Source: Octopus sinensis (Eukaryota). Taken from it: a stretch of 64,000 bases of DNA. Position 1 is the first letter of the stretch. Every line of letters starts with the position of its first letter. Shown here piece after piece: positions 24,098 through 37,299 of the stretch. The translations under genes were made by a program, and so were the position numbers. The notes beneath the pieces were generated by a model. It ran no database searches and was not told the origin of the DNA. It saw only the letters and a list, made by a program, of their open reading frames with translations. Where the stretch lies: NCBI RefSeq assembly GCF_006345805.1, contig NC_043000.1, positions 60,574,001 to 60,638,000 on the forward strand, in the 5' to 3' direction.

Positions 24098-24256
24098 TAT
24101 AACATAAGGGGGATCAGCCATCTGAATGTGGCTAGGGACAGGGCGGGGTAGTGGGGGTGTTACTGATGCCGCCTGGGGCTAAATGCATCAGTAACACCCC
24201 CACTACCCCGCCCTGTCCCTCGCCACATTCAGATGGCTGATCCCCCTTATGTTATA
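24098..24256. repeat. GC-rich hairpin: 72-bp arms, 1 mismatch, 15-nt loop
   Basis: 24098-24169 is the reverse complement of 24185-24256 except one base. Confidence 0.95.
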
Positions 24257-24268
24257 TATATATATATA

Positions 24269-25215
24269 TTAGCTTTCATCAACCTGGAGAAAGCTTCCAA
24301 CAGAGTCCTCCACTCTGTTATATGGTAGTCTCTAAGGAAGCTAGGAATAGAAGAGGAGTGGCTTGTTAGAGCCATACAAGCTATGTACAGAGGTGTTGTA
24401 AGTAAGGTGAGAATCAGCTATGAATACAGTGATGAATTTAGGGTACAGGTAGGGGTTCATCAGGGCTCAGTTTTTAATTCATTCCTATTGATCATAGTCC
24501 TCCAGGCCATAACAAAAGGAATTCAAAACTGGATGCCTGTAGGAACTACTATTCACTGATGACCGCGCTCTTGTTGCAGCATCTGTAGCTGAATTGTGGA
24601 AGAAATTCCAGGTATGGAAGCAAAACCTGGAATCAAAGGGCCTTAAAGTTAACTTAGCTAAAACCAAATTTGTTGTTAGCAAGAAAGCAGATAAGACATC
24701 CTTTCCATCGGGTAAATGGCCCTGCTCAATATGTAGGAAAGGAGTGGGAAGTAATTTCATTCACTGCACCCAGTGTAAGCCATGGACACATAAGAGATGC
24801 AGTGGAAAAGTTGCCTTTGTGTGCAGCAGACGTACAGGAACAATTAGCACAAAGAGCATGAAGGACTTAGACTCTCTCAAATGCCCAGGAGGCTCTCTTG
24901 GGGTAGTAGATAGTTTCTACTACTTAGGTGACCAAGTTAGTAATGGTGGTGGATGCTCTGAAAGTATTGTTTCTAGAATAAGGATAGAATGGAGGAAGTT
25001 CAAAGAGCTACTACCTTTGTTAGCAACAAAAGACTCTTTCTCAGAGTGAAAGGTAGATTGTATGATGCCTGTTTATGAATGGCTATACTCCATGGTAGTG
25101 AGACATGGGCTCTGAATGCAGAGGACATGCACAGAATAGAGAGGAATGAAGATAGTATGCCCCACTAGATGTGCAACATCAATGTACATGAATGACAAAG
25201 TGCAAATCTGTTGAG
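24269..25215 (+). mobile_element. RTE LINE reverse-transcriptase fragment with Cys/His-rich insert
   Basis: LAFINLEKA, VGVHQGSV, ELLFTDD, GLKVNLAKTK, CSIC..CTQC..HKRC, FYYLGDQV; stops and frameshifts. Confidence 0.88.
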
Positions 25216-25249
25216 AAAGCATAGACAGTGACACAGCCTCGAGCAAGTA

Positions 25250-26550
25250 ATCGTTGTAAATATTGTAAAGTTTATAAATAAATTAATGATCTCATCAAAA
25301 ATCTGGCCGGACTTGGTTGTATATAGGAAACAACACCAATCCTAATTCATCCTAACCAAATAATCAAAATATCCAGGATTCTCCCAACCAAGCTGCAGCC
25401 TATTTGCTGATATTGTACCAAAAGAGATGCAGTCTCTGCTACATTTGTACATGAAATAATAAATAGGCTAACTGGAGCATAAACAAATCATATGATTTTT
25501 TTTTAAAGGGATAAACATTGTTTGATTATATAATCATCCAAATAGGTCAACATTTCTTGTTCTTTTTTCGACCTATTAGGAATGCATATTGCAATTATAT
25601 TAGAATAATTTAGCCATATATTCTCAACATCTGTTTCTAAATTCATTGCTATCATTATTGCACTAGTAGTTGTATTTTTTCTCTGTTGATTGGTATATTC
25701 AAAGGTTTACCTTTTCCATCAATGTTATTTTGCATCTTGGATTCAGGGGTTCATTAAGTCTGTATCATGGTGCCCTGTAATGTTGAATTAGAATGTGGTG
25801 GTTTGAGAATATTTCAATCATTAATGCTTTTTTTAACTAATAGATCATTTCATATAGTCAAACTTTATTGTTATGATAAATCACTTGGTATCCAGAGTTG
25901 AATGATTTATACATTTAAATATTATAATTTCAGCTGGTTTCTTCTTTCATTATCAAGACAGCAATGTGATAATCATTAAAGCAAGTGGTAATTTCTCATT
26001 CCATTTTTCAATCATCTTATTTGTTTGCATTAGCTGTAACAGTAGTTTTCCATATTGCTCAATTGTATCAATCAATTTTGCTCATTTGAGGATGAATGAT
26101 AAGATATCTGTTCTAGTGATTCAAATACTTCATCGACTTAAACATTCTCCATGTCAGAGTTTTCAAATTGAGTTGCTACAGTTACTATGCATGAAGCTTG
26201 GATTCCAAAACAAAGTAAATAATGAAGAAAGGCATTGAATGATAGCTTGAAAGGTTGCTTGTCTGATGCAAATGTGAAAGTGTAAGTTGTAAACTGATTG
26301 AGTACTGTTAAGTTGTTAGAGCTGTCCATTTTAGTAATTGGTTTTGATTCTACAGTATCAATTGGCAATTGTTGGCAAGATTTTGTTGATTGTATAGGCT
26401 GTCAGTTGTAATTTTGAATGTTATTAAATTTCAGATCAGTATATGCAGTAGAAAATGTCAAGGAAATTTATATTAAATCTGACATGATTGAAATTCTGAT
26501 AAAGCAGAGATTCCTAAGATGGTAGAATCAGACATTCCACAGACAACAAA
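25250..26550 (-). mobile_element. very decayed LINE 5' part (AP-endonuclease-like)
   Basis: Minus-strand pieces LKL*YLNV and VENIWL..IAICIPNRSKKEQEMLTYL resemble APE motifs; heavily interrupted. Confidence 0.35.
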
Positions 26551-28174
26551 AACTATTGCTGTTAGATTGCAAAAGTTTTGTAGCAAGGTTTAGAATTGAA
26601 ATCACATTAGCTCAGTAATGAGAAATAGACTACAGCTCATGACTGTCTACCATGACTCTCCCCTACCCCCACAAAAGAGACCATCAAAACTTCTTTCGAT
26701 TTTGAGAGGACACCATTCATCCAGCAGACAACAGTCAGATTTGTGCCACTTTCCCCAATTTCTTTTGAAGATAATTTCTGAGCTCTTTTTCATCTATACT
26801 TTATCAACTTTGGTGTGTCCCAAAGTTCAGTTACGTCCTTCACTTGTATAATTTTTTTGGCACTTCTAATAACATTCACCCTTATGTAGTTGTGGGAAGT
26901 CAATGAGGATGAAGGATTCTTTGCTCCATAACTTTGAAACTTCACAATCTAATCTAGAACTTCACTAGATTATTTGATCAGTGGAAGCAAGGACTGTATA
27001 TATAAAGGAACAGAGCCTCACATTTTATGGGAAAACATGTAATCAATTTAATCAACCCCAGTGCTCAAGCAGTACTTATTTCATCATCTCCTGACAGGAG
27101 AAAGTCAACCTCAAATGGATTCAAACTCAGGATGAAATCTACTGATTTTATCCCTCACCACTGTAGTACAATGTTGCTTTCTTATCTTGACACAACATAA
27201 GGTGACGTTTTTTAATGGAAGTACACTGCCAATAAAATTTATCTCAGGAATTGATTGGCAGTTATTTTATTAACTTCTCCCTCCTGGAAGAATGAAAAAC
27301 TAAGTCAAACATAATAGTATTTGGACTTATAATGTTAAAGGATGTGACTAAATATTTTAAGTCTTTATGTTTAGTCCGAGGTTAACCTTCATCAAGCAGA
27401 CTTGTGATCAAACATATTCCAGCAGTAACAAAATATTTGCTCTTCTAAGAAATATGTTGGACTACATTATCTAATGTGTCCTGTCTTTTATAAGGTGATC
27501 AAATGGCTGGGTGGTTAGAGCATCAGATGAAATGCCTTACAATATTTGTTCTAGCTAAGGTGGTGAGCTGGGAAAAATGCTTAGTTGCATTTCACTTGTC
27601 TTTATGTTCTGAGTTCAAATTCCACCAAGGTCAACTTTGCCTTTCATTCAATAAAATAAGTACCGGTTGAGCACTGGGGGCAATGTAATCAATTTAATCC
27701 CTTCCCCTGAACTTGCTGGCCTTGTACCAAAATTCGAAACCAATATTTGTTCTGGTTCTTTACATACTGAATTTAAATCTCACCATGATCTACTCGAGTG
27801 GTAGATTTGATCGGTCCCTCAGATTAACACCATCACCTCGTCTTTGAGTGGAGGTTGTTTTATTGTAAGCATTCAGGCTAGGTCTCCGATCTGCTGATAC
27901 ATTCATCCCACCAGTCTCAGAGGCCCTATAAATAGTTGTGAATATTGTCATTCATTTCTTGAAAAAGTAATAGAAACATTAGAGAGTAATTTGTGGGAAA
28001 TTTGACTGTTTGGATTTTTACATAAAGGAACTGTTAAAGGCAACAAGGGGAGTATAGTTGATTAAATGAGATATAAGCATGAAGAAATGTAATAAAATAC
28101 CATAAGGTATTTTTTGTTTGGCACTCAACTGATGGTACACCTACTGCTTTTTGGAAATATAAATAACTAAATGT

Positions 28175-28435
28175 GAAGGCATGTGGTGTAATGGTTAGGC
28201 TGTTACACTCACAATCACTAGTTAATGGGTTTGATTTCCTGACAAGGCAGCGTTTTGTGTTCTTAAGCAAAACACTTCATTTCACATTGCTCCAGTCCCC
28301 CTTCAATCAGTGGGGATTGTTGACCTGCTTGCCTAGCCAGTGGGATGATGTCATTTTAAAGCTAAAACAATGCAAATGCACATTGACCAGTGATGTGTAA
28401 CAACATCTGATAGCTTGGTTGGTCACATGATCTTG
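28175..28435 (+). mobile_element. tRNA-derived SINE (another family)
   Basis: TGGTGTAATGGTTAG (A box), GGTTTGATTTCC (B box), then GTGTTCTTAAGCAAAACACTT core-like domain. Confidence 0.65.
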
Positions 28436-28492
28436 TGAAATAACTAAATAAATAAATCAGTCAATATATATAATTCATTACATGTCTTTGTG

Positions 28493-28534
<42 letters not shown>

Positions 28535-28535
<1 letters not shown>

Positions 28536-31133
28536 TTCTTTACTAGGCCAAGGAAAGGTTGTAATGTCGGTATATTCATTGGGGGAGGCATATTCTTGAT
28601 TGCATCTGCACTTGATGGGTCAGGATGTCTTCCATTCTTAGGTATGATTTGACCAAAGTATTTGATTTTAGGCAAAAAAAAATTCACACTTCTCTTCACT
28701 GAGTGTGAAACTATAATCCTTAATTTTTTAAAAAACACACTTCACGTGTTCAATATACTCATTCCCTGATTCGCTTTTGATTAACACATCATGAAGGTAA
28801 GGAATAGCAAATTGACAGTCTGCCAACATCGCAGAAGGTGCTACCTTCAGTCCAAAAGGTAGTCTGTTGTATTTGTATAGACTTCTGTGCATGTTGGCTG
28901 TTAACAGCTTTGAGCATTTTTTATCTACTTTGATTTGTAGATATGTGTCAGATGGATCGAGTTTTGAAAATATCTTTCCTTCATTTAGTTTTGTAAAAAT
29001 ATCTTCTGGGGTTAGTTGTGGATAATGGTTCATTTTTAAACAATAATTTAAACTGGTCAAAAAATCGGCGCACAACCTAATTTTGTTATTTTTCTTTTTT
29101 ATACACACAGTTAAAGATGCCCATTCACATAATCCACTTTTTCAATAATTCCATTTTTTTTCCCAATCCTTCCAACTCATCATCCACTTGCTTTATTGTC
29201 GCAAAAGGTACTTGCCTATTAGGCTTGAACACAGGTGTAACATTATCATCTAATTCAAAACGTGCTTCAGTTTTTGTGCATAAACCTAGTTTGTCTGAAA
29301 GTACTTGCAGAAACATTAAAAAAAATTTTCTCTTTAACTCTTCAGATGAATTATTTTAAAAAGGACAACTGTTTACATTTTTACAATAGAGATTTATGGG
29401 GAGGTCCCATAAATCAAATAATTCTGACCAACCAGATCGGCTGCATTCATGAAAACTTTTACCTTGCATGTTTTCCCTCAAAATGTGACATTAGTCCACA
29501 TTTCACCTATGAAATGTAATTTGCCATCCCTCACACTACGAGCAGGTTTCACTGTTTTTCTCCATATAGGTTTCCCTATTTTCTTCCATGTGTCCATATT
29601 TATTATTGAAATATCACTTCCAGTATACAATTGAAGTTTAATTTTTGTGTACAAATTTTCTTATTTAGGAGTCGATTTTGTTTCTGTTGAGAGCACTCTA
29701 GGATTTTTAATGTTTGACCATCATTATTTTGTTCTGCAGTGTGAACTCTTGTGAGCAATTCTTTTGCAACTGTAACATTTTTGATTTTTAAATGGACAGT
29801 CTTTTCTGAAATGTATGCCCCACATCCATAACATGGATTAGGATGTGGTACTCTTTTTTGGCTGTACTTTTCTGATCTGCATATCTGTATTTTTGGGGAA
29901 TCCTTTTCTGGAATTTTTCTAAATCATGTTTCGGGTTTCCATCATTTGGTATACTTCTGCCACAGACTGTAAGGTTAGATCTTGGTTCACTTGTTCCAAT
30001 ATAGAAAGAATTTTTGCCCGAATTTCTGTATCTTTGCTTACTGTAAGACACTTGAACATTTCAAGTATAAGTTCTTTGAGTTTAAAACTTTCACACATCC
30101 TATTGACTGTTCCTACATATGTGATAAAATCATCATTCTCTTTTTTCATTATATTCTAACACTCCATTCGAGTGTTAGATAGAGAAGTTTTATCACCGAG
30201 TATGTTAGACAATAATTCTATTGTTTCTTTAAACAAATTTCATTGGGTTTTTTGGGTAATATGAAAATTTACAGTAATGTTCATGCTCTAATGGAGTTAA
30301 TTTTTGCAGTAACAATCTCACTTTTTGTTTGTCCAAACATGATTTATAATCTTGCTTAAAAATCTTCTTGTACCTTGTGTAGGACGATGCAAAAGTAATA
30401 CCCTCTTCTGGGTTAAAACTAAATTATAACTTACGAACTTACCTCATTTTTGGACTTCTTTAATAATTGCTATTATTGTAATTGTTGCTGTAATAGCTGC
30501 TTCTGCAACTCCTATTGCTTATCTTGTTGCTTTTGCAACTGTGTTATGGAAGCTAATAGGTTTTCCATTATTTAACAAATTGTAAGGTGGCAAGTTGGCA
30601 GAAACATTAGCATGCTGTATGAAATGCTTAGCGCTTGTCTTTACGTTCTGAGTTCAAATTCCTCAAAGTTGACTTTGTCTTTCATCCTTTTGGGGGTCAA
30701 TAAATTAAGTACCAGTTGCATACTGGGGTTGCCTTCCCCCAAAATTTTGGCCCTACTGCCTAGAGTAGAAAAGATTATTTAACAAATTGTATCACAAACA
30801 AATTGTTAAGTAACCTACATGAGTTTTGAAACTCTTGTTGCCAAATATTGTAATGTTATTTGTTACGTACAATAAATAAGATAACCGAAAAACACTAAAA
30901 ACAATGTAACAAACTAACAAATTTCTTTACAAACCAACAATCAATATTCCTTGTGAACTAACCAACTGACACCTTCCGATTTCACTGCAAACTAATACAA
31001 GCTACACTCAACTTCCAACTCTGAACTCTTGAACTCATTCGGATCATTACTATTTATCCTTTACTCACACCAGTCTATCTCTTGCTGGGGGGGCGTCGTA
31101 ACTCTCATCATACCATCTTTGTAAATGATAACA
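28535..31133 (-). mobile_element. Gypsy (Mag-like) LTR retrotransposon, 5' part: LTR, PBS, gag, protease, RT
   Basis: LTR about 31133-30846 starting TGTTATC; PBS-like TGGCAACAAGAG (30843-30832); gag from ATG 30568 with knuckle CYSCKRIAHKSSHC; protease LYTGSDISII; FKPNRQVPFA; RT IRLCADF, YNRLPFGLKVAP, YLHDVLI, LQPFLGLV. Truncated at a (TA)n tract. Confidence 0.85.
30585..30773 (+). mobile_element. SINE family B nested in the Gypsy leader
   Basis: Flanked by an 18-bp TSD ATTATTTAACAAATTGTA at 30567-30584 and 30774-30791. Confidence 0.93.
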
Positions 31134-31443
31134 TATTCACACACACACAATAATTTGTATGCACATGCATTGATGTATTATAAATATACATACATATGAG
31201 TGTGTGTATATCGTATGTATGTGTGTATTTCTATCTGTATTTGTCTGCCACAACCACTTGACAACCTGTGTTGGTTTATTTATGTCCCCATGACTAAGTG
31301 GTTCAGCAAAAACAAACAACTAGAATAAGTGACAGACTGGAAAAATAATTACTGGGGTTGATTTGTTCGACTAAAAATTTAAGGCTGTTTCCCAGCATAG
31401 TCACAATCTGATGACTGATAACATATGTGTGCATATATATATA

Positions 31444-31841
31444 TCTTTATATATAAAAGTGAAGTTGTGTGTCTGTCTCCTACGATTTAGATTCCTAACT
31501 ACTCCCACATTTTGTGGTGCAGTTTAACCAAAACCGGGTATCTTATAGTCGTGATTCATATCGAGCCCTTCTGGGTATTAGTGCGTGTCTACGATGAGTC
31601 TACGATTAAAAAAAAATTTACCATCATTTTTTCCCATTTTAATGCATTTTTTTTTGCTATTATATAAGGGAAGTAACTCTCTAAAAATGTCTACGATGAG
31701 TCAACGATTTAAAATAAAAATTACCATCATTTTTTTCCATTTTTAATGCATTTTTTTGCTATTTTTTGGCTATAGCTCTCTAAAAATGTTTATATAGTTA
31801 TTTCCCTTACAAACCTGAGCAACGCCGGGCGATACTGCTAG
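31444..31841 (+). mobile_element. complete non-autonomous Helitron
   Basis: A|TCTTTATATATAAAAG 5' end, subterminal CCtGAGCAACGCCGGG hairpin, CTAG|T 3' end, A-T insertion site, about 100-bp internal tandem duplication. Confidence 0.88.
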
Positions 31842-31842
31842 T

Positions 31843-31911
<69 letters not shown>

Positions 31912-31933
31912 ATATATATATATATATTATATG

Positions 31934-31991
<58 letters not shown>

Positions 31992-32447
31992 ATATATATC
32001 ATCATCATCATCATTTAACGTCCGCTTTCTATGCTAGCATAGGTTGGACGATTTGACTGAGGACTGGTGAACCAGAAGGTTGTACCAGGCTCCAATCTGA
32101 TCTGGCAGAGTTTCTACAGCTGGATATTATATATATGTGTACATATATATATATACTAACATGTATATGTATACATGCACACACATATTTATATATACAT
32201 ATTTGTATATATATATATATATATATAATATATGTGTGTGTGTGTTTTACTGTCTCGTTGCTCTGACTTTGGGGAATAGCTATAAGTGGGTGTCACTGTC
32301 ATGCTAGAGGTGTTCTTTGTTTTCAATCTTCCATGTAATCATGTTTGGGCTTGGTGAAATATTACCTTACTTGGAAAACATATAAGGGCACCCAGCTGTA
32401 TGAAATCTGTCTGATCCATTTGAACATGCAAAGTGGATATATATATA

Positions 32448-32870
32448 TCATCATCATCATCATCATCATCGTTTAACGTCCGTTCTCGATGCTAGCATGG
32501 GTTGGACGGTTCGACCGGGGATCTGGGAAGCCAGAAGGCTGCACCAGGCTCCGGTCTTATCTGGCAATGTTTCTACAGCTGGATGCCCTTCCTAACGCCA
32601 ACCACTCCGTGAGTGTAGTGGGTGCTTTTTACGTGCCACCTGCACTGGTGCCAGGCGAGGCTGGCATCGGCCACGGTCGGATTGGTGCATTTTACGTGCC
32701 ACCTGCACGGAAGCCAGTCGAGGCGGCACTGGCTTCGGCCACGATTCGGATGGTGCTTTTTAGGTGCCACCGACACGGAAGCCATTCGAGGCGGCGCTGG
32801 CATCGGCCACGATTCGGATAGTGCTTTTTACGTATCTCCAGTCCAGGGGTCCTGGCATCTGCTGGGTGCC
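32448..32870 (-). mobile_element. family C element
   Basis: (CAT)n tail and about 5 modules; source of ORFs 32489-32909. Confidence 0.85.
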
Positions 32871-32886
32871 AGTCATATATCTTGTA

Positions 32887-33301
32887 CAGACAAGAAAGTA
32901 ATATTTTGAATGCAGGATAGCTGTGAAAACAGAAGAAAGATTGGGTATTTTACACTTATATGAAGAGAAAAGTTGGCAGCAGACAGCTATGGGACTTGAA
33001 CCTGCACCTCCCAGATACATACTGAGTACTCTACTGATTAAACTAAACAGCCCACTGACAACAATTCCCATTAGTTAAATGCTATAAACATAGCTATTTT
33101 TGAAATGCAACAGCATATCTAAACAAACATTATTTTTTTTGTTTTTGTTTTTCGAAGTGTACTCAGCTGGTATCTGGGAGGTGCAGGTTTGAGTCCCATG
33201 GCTTTCTGCTGACAACTTTTTTCATCATATAAAGGTAAAATATCCAATCTTTCTGCTGCTTTCATGGCTACACTGCATTCAAAATATTACTTTCTTGTCT
33301 G
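32887..33301. repeat. diverged inverted repeat (about 143-bp arms, about 130-bp spacer), probable old MITE
   Basis: 32887-33029 is reverse-complementary to 33159-33301 with many mismatches. Confidence 0.8.
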
Positions 33302-34090
33302 CGTGATGCAATAAACTTTCAACACTTCCTAAATCCAAAAAGAAATGTTTATTTATGTATGTTGTTGCATCATCGTCATCGTCATCATCATTTAGTGTCC
33401 GCTCTCCATGCTGGCATGGGTAAGACGGTTTGATTGGAGCTGACGAGCTGGGGAGTTGCACCAAGTTCCAGTCTAGTTTGGCATGGTTTCTACAACTGGA
33501 TGCCCTTCCTAACACCAACCACTCCAGGAGTGTAACGGGTGCTTCTACGTGCCACTACACGTGTTACAATAATATTTTCAACTGAGGCATTTCAAGTGTA
33601 TCTTTTCAAGTCCTTCAGTTCTGTGTACCTGATTGCTGGCATTTATCAACAATTTCTGCCATTGTTATGATCTACCATTTTTTATCATTAACAGAATTGT
33701 TGGCATTTTTTGATGATATAGTAAATAAACAGTCAAATAAATAGTCAAATCTTTACACTTCATTTCCATTTGAGACAATGGCGTCTAGGTTGTTTTACAA
33801 CATTCCCACTTGTTTTCATCTGAAAATATTTCATACTTTAAGGAGTGAAGAGAGAGAGAGAGAGAAGGGGTAGGGAAAGAGGACATGAAAAGGAAGAGAA
33901 TAGGCAAGAGTTCTCAACTGATTTGTAAACAATGTAGAAGAACTGTTATTTATTTTTTACTTCGTTTTTTTTTTTTTTTATCACTGTTCCTTGCAATTTG
34001 AATAATACAAGTCTTACCAGATTTCTTAGGCTGTCAACTTGTATGTTTAATAACAGGATTTGCAAACACTCTTGTCTAGCAGTCACTGAT

Positions 34091-34097
34091 TATAAAT
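34091..34097 (+). promoter_or_regulatory. TATA box candidate for the secreted-protein gene
   Basis: TATAAAT 130 nt upstream of the ATG at 34221, in non-repetitive sequence; would place a TSS near 34120. Confidence 0.5.
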
Positions 34098-34220
34098 TTG
34101 AACTTACACCTCTCATCTATCATATAACTACTCAAACATTTTTCATTGGAGTAGTTTGTAATTTGCTGAGGAGCTAAATTGGCATCGTACTACAGCTGCA
34201 CCACTCTTATTTTGGACAAC

Positions 34221-34229
34221 ATGTTGAAA
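34221..34229 (+). CDS. uncharacterised secreted precursor, coding exon 1 (MLK)
   Basis: ggacaac ATG TTG AAA / gtaagtaa: good start context, consensus donor, phase 0 matching the 39317 exon and completing a signal peptide. Confidence 0.7.
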
Positions 34230-34385
34230 GTAAGTAATATATTATTCACATTTAACGAACTCTACAGTATACACACACACACATGCACGCACACATGTAC
34301 ATATGTATATATGTATGTATATATACATGTATATATGCATATATAATATATATGTATTTATATATGTATATGTACTGTATATATA

Positions 34386-35440
34386 TGAGGGGTGTTCATT
34401 AAAAACTTCCCCTGATCTACTTCCCAAGGACTGAGATGAACAAAACTTGACATAATTATTTATCCTTCTCTATATAAATAACACACTTCTCCCATCGCTT
34501 TATGCAGCTGTGAAGAACTTGTCTGTAGAAGTCAGTAGGTTGCATGTACTTTACCATAAAAATAAGTTCATCATCGTCTGAAAAGAGCTTCTCTTTCAAA
34601 AAAGGCTTCATCGTTGGAAAGATGATGCGAGGTCAGGAGAGTAAGGGGGATGAGGAATGATTTCATGGCTGCAGGAGTGTGCTTTCATCTGGGCAACATG
34701 CATATTGTGAACTGGGGGAATTGTCTTGGAGGAGGCAGACTCTTTTGGTCAGCATGCCACGCCTCTCTGCTTTGATGGTGTCCTACAATTTCTGCAACAG
34801 AGAAGCATAATATGCCCTGTTAACTGCAGTGCCTTTTGCCAGAAAATCCATCATCCCTACTCCACGCTGGTTCCAAAATACTGCGAGCATCACCTTGCCT
34901 GCTGAGGGTTGGACACAAGCCTTCTTTGGAGGTAGTGAGTTATCATGCTTCCATTGCTTTGACTGGATTTTAGTCTCAAGATCATAGTGATGGACTCATG
35001 TTTCATCCTGTGTGATAAGTCTGCTGAAAAAGTCCTCCTCATTTTCTTGGCACATTGCCAAAAGAGTCTGGGAGCAGGTGACTCATTCCTACTTCTGAAA
35101 AGGTATGAGTATCCAGGGAATCCATCATGCAGACAACTTCCGCATGTGCAAATGGTCGCAAATGATTTTTTTTTCCATGGATTTTTCATTTATCTTCACT
35201 TCTTGGGCTAGTTGGCAAAGATTTTAAGGATGGTGTCTTCATCAATGGTGGAATGTGATCGTCAGGAATAGGAGCAGTTCCCACTGATGTCCATCCACAT
35301 TTGAATTGGCAATGCCAGTGCTTGACTACGTTGTATGATGATGCATTGTCACCATAAACTTCTTTCATCTCATCGAAAGTCTCTTTTGGTGTATTACCTT
35401 TCAAGTATAAGAAACTGATCTGCATTCAACTGCCTCTAGG
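34386..35440 (-). mobile_element. defective mariner (irritans-like), 5' end lost
   Basis: TA|TGAGGGGTGTTCATTAAAAAC terminus; transposase pieces ISFLYLKGNTPKETFDEMKEVYGD, DETxVHHYDPETK, frameshifted. Confidence 0.8.
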
Positions 35441-35449
35441 TTTTATATT

Positions 35450-36325
35450 TTGAAAGTTTCTCCATTTCTTTTAGAGAATCGTTGTCATCTGCTGGTATTG
35501 GTACATCAATTAGAAAGCATTTTCTTTTTTTTCATGATCTCTGACAGCTATATCTGGCCTATTTGCCTTAATTTTTCTATCTGTGTATATTGGCATATCC
35601 CAGAGTATGGTTGCTTTCTCGTTTTCTGTGACCTTTTCTGGTGTGTGCTTATACCATATTTTTTCTGCTGTTATTCTATAGTGTTGACATAGCTTCCAGT
35701 GTATGTAGGTTCCAACACTGTCGTGTCTGTGAATATATTAGCCAGGACTGGGCAGGCAGAGATAATATGATTTATCGTTTCTTGTCCATCTCCACATATT
35801 CTGCAGTTACTTGTTATGTTTCTTTTCATGATATGTTTTTGGTAATTTCTGGTGGGGAGGCTTTGGTCTTGTGCTGCAATTAAAAATCCTTCAGTCTCTG
35901 ATTTGAGTCCTGAGCTTCTCAACCTTTGCTCGAATTTTTCTCTGTCTATTTCTTTTGCATTTAGTTTAGCCCAGTATTTGCCATGAAGGGGCTTTTCTTG
36001 CTATCATTTTATCATGGTCCATTGCTGTTCTAGTTTTAGTTTGGATTTCATTTGTTTTATAGCTTTCGTTGTTTCTTCTTCTTCATATTTGTTAGGTCGT
36101 ATGATTTCTTGTCAGCTTCCTTAAATACTGAGAACAGTTTTTTGTTTTGCTCATGTTTTGTGGCTATTTGTATTAGTTTTCCTTGCTTCTGAAGTAGGTA
36201 TTTTTGCAGTCCTATAGTAGTTATTTTATTATAGTTTTCCAGCTGTATAAGGCCTCTACCACCTTCAATACGTTGTATATATAGCCCTTCTATGTCAGAT
36301 TTTGGGTGGTGCATCCTAGCAAAGA
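35450..36325 (-). mobile_element. R4/Dong-clade LINE fragment
   Basis: HPKSDIEGLYIQRIEGGRGL, LKSETEGFLIAAQDQSLPTRNY, CRICGDGQETINHIISACP (CCHC). Confidence 0.85.
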
Positions 36326-36499
36326 CAAACGTTTTTGCTAATAAAGACTATGCTGTCTGAAAAGTAGTCATGGTTACTTTGCAAAAGAGAGCAATCATTC
36401 AGTATACTTAATGTAAACTATGGATGCACAAGATATGCAGTGGGATCACAGGTAGGTCTACAGAAAAGGCCTTCAGATGTAAATGATAACATTTATCTT

Positions 36500-36780
36500 A
36501 GGTTTACTTTAAGACATCTTGATTCGAGGCTTTGAAAGTTTAGAATTTGTTCATTAATTCTTTGACCGATTCAGCTATGAGAGCTAGACCATAGGCATGC
36601 AGAAGTTCCTATGGATGGCCAGTCTTAAATTTCTCTTTTATGGCCTGCAGAATATATAGTAAATAGCATGGCACTGAGAATCAAGTTCCAGATGGACTCT
36701 TACTTATTCATTTTCTCACTGAAATAATTGCTGACAGCATTTCCTTACATACCTTACATAACTCTCACAATCCATTCAGT
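36500..36780 (-). mobile_element. RTE RT fragment (decayed)
   Basis: Minus strand ILQAIKEKFKTGHP*ELLHAYGLALIAES..CLKVNL, parallel to the 24.5-kb RTE. Confidence 0.6.
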
Positions 36781-37299
36781 TACACCAGATTTTCATTTGC
36801 AACCACCAGACTGGCAAAGTCTTAGGTGTAAGATTATTGGCTTTAGTAGCTTGTTCTTTCTACAAAAAACTTCTGCACTTGTCTCACTAGGAAGACAGCT
36901 TTGGTGGTAAAGTGTTTTGACATAAACCAAACCTGAACTACATCACTTTTAAGCTAATTTCTTCCTTATTAGTTGTACTATATCACTTTTGAGTTACTTT
37001 TATAACTAGGTTAATCACTTTGATGTCTCTAGTTTCTTCTATCTAGATCATCTTCTTTGCTTTCATAGCAGTTGATTCTGTTATGCCAGAAATTAGAATT
37101 GATATCTTCTTGTTGGCTATTTGGTTAACTATATGAATGACCATGTATAACCTACTTTGCTGGAAATTTTCTGTACTACAATGACTATGACTGGTGGTCT
37201 GACCGTTTTCTTGGTCAACATAACCTTAACCATCATTGCAACCATGTAGCAATCAAAAGCTAGTCATCTGTTGAATCTATTTGGGGTAGATCTATTTGG

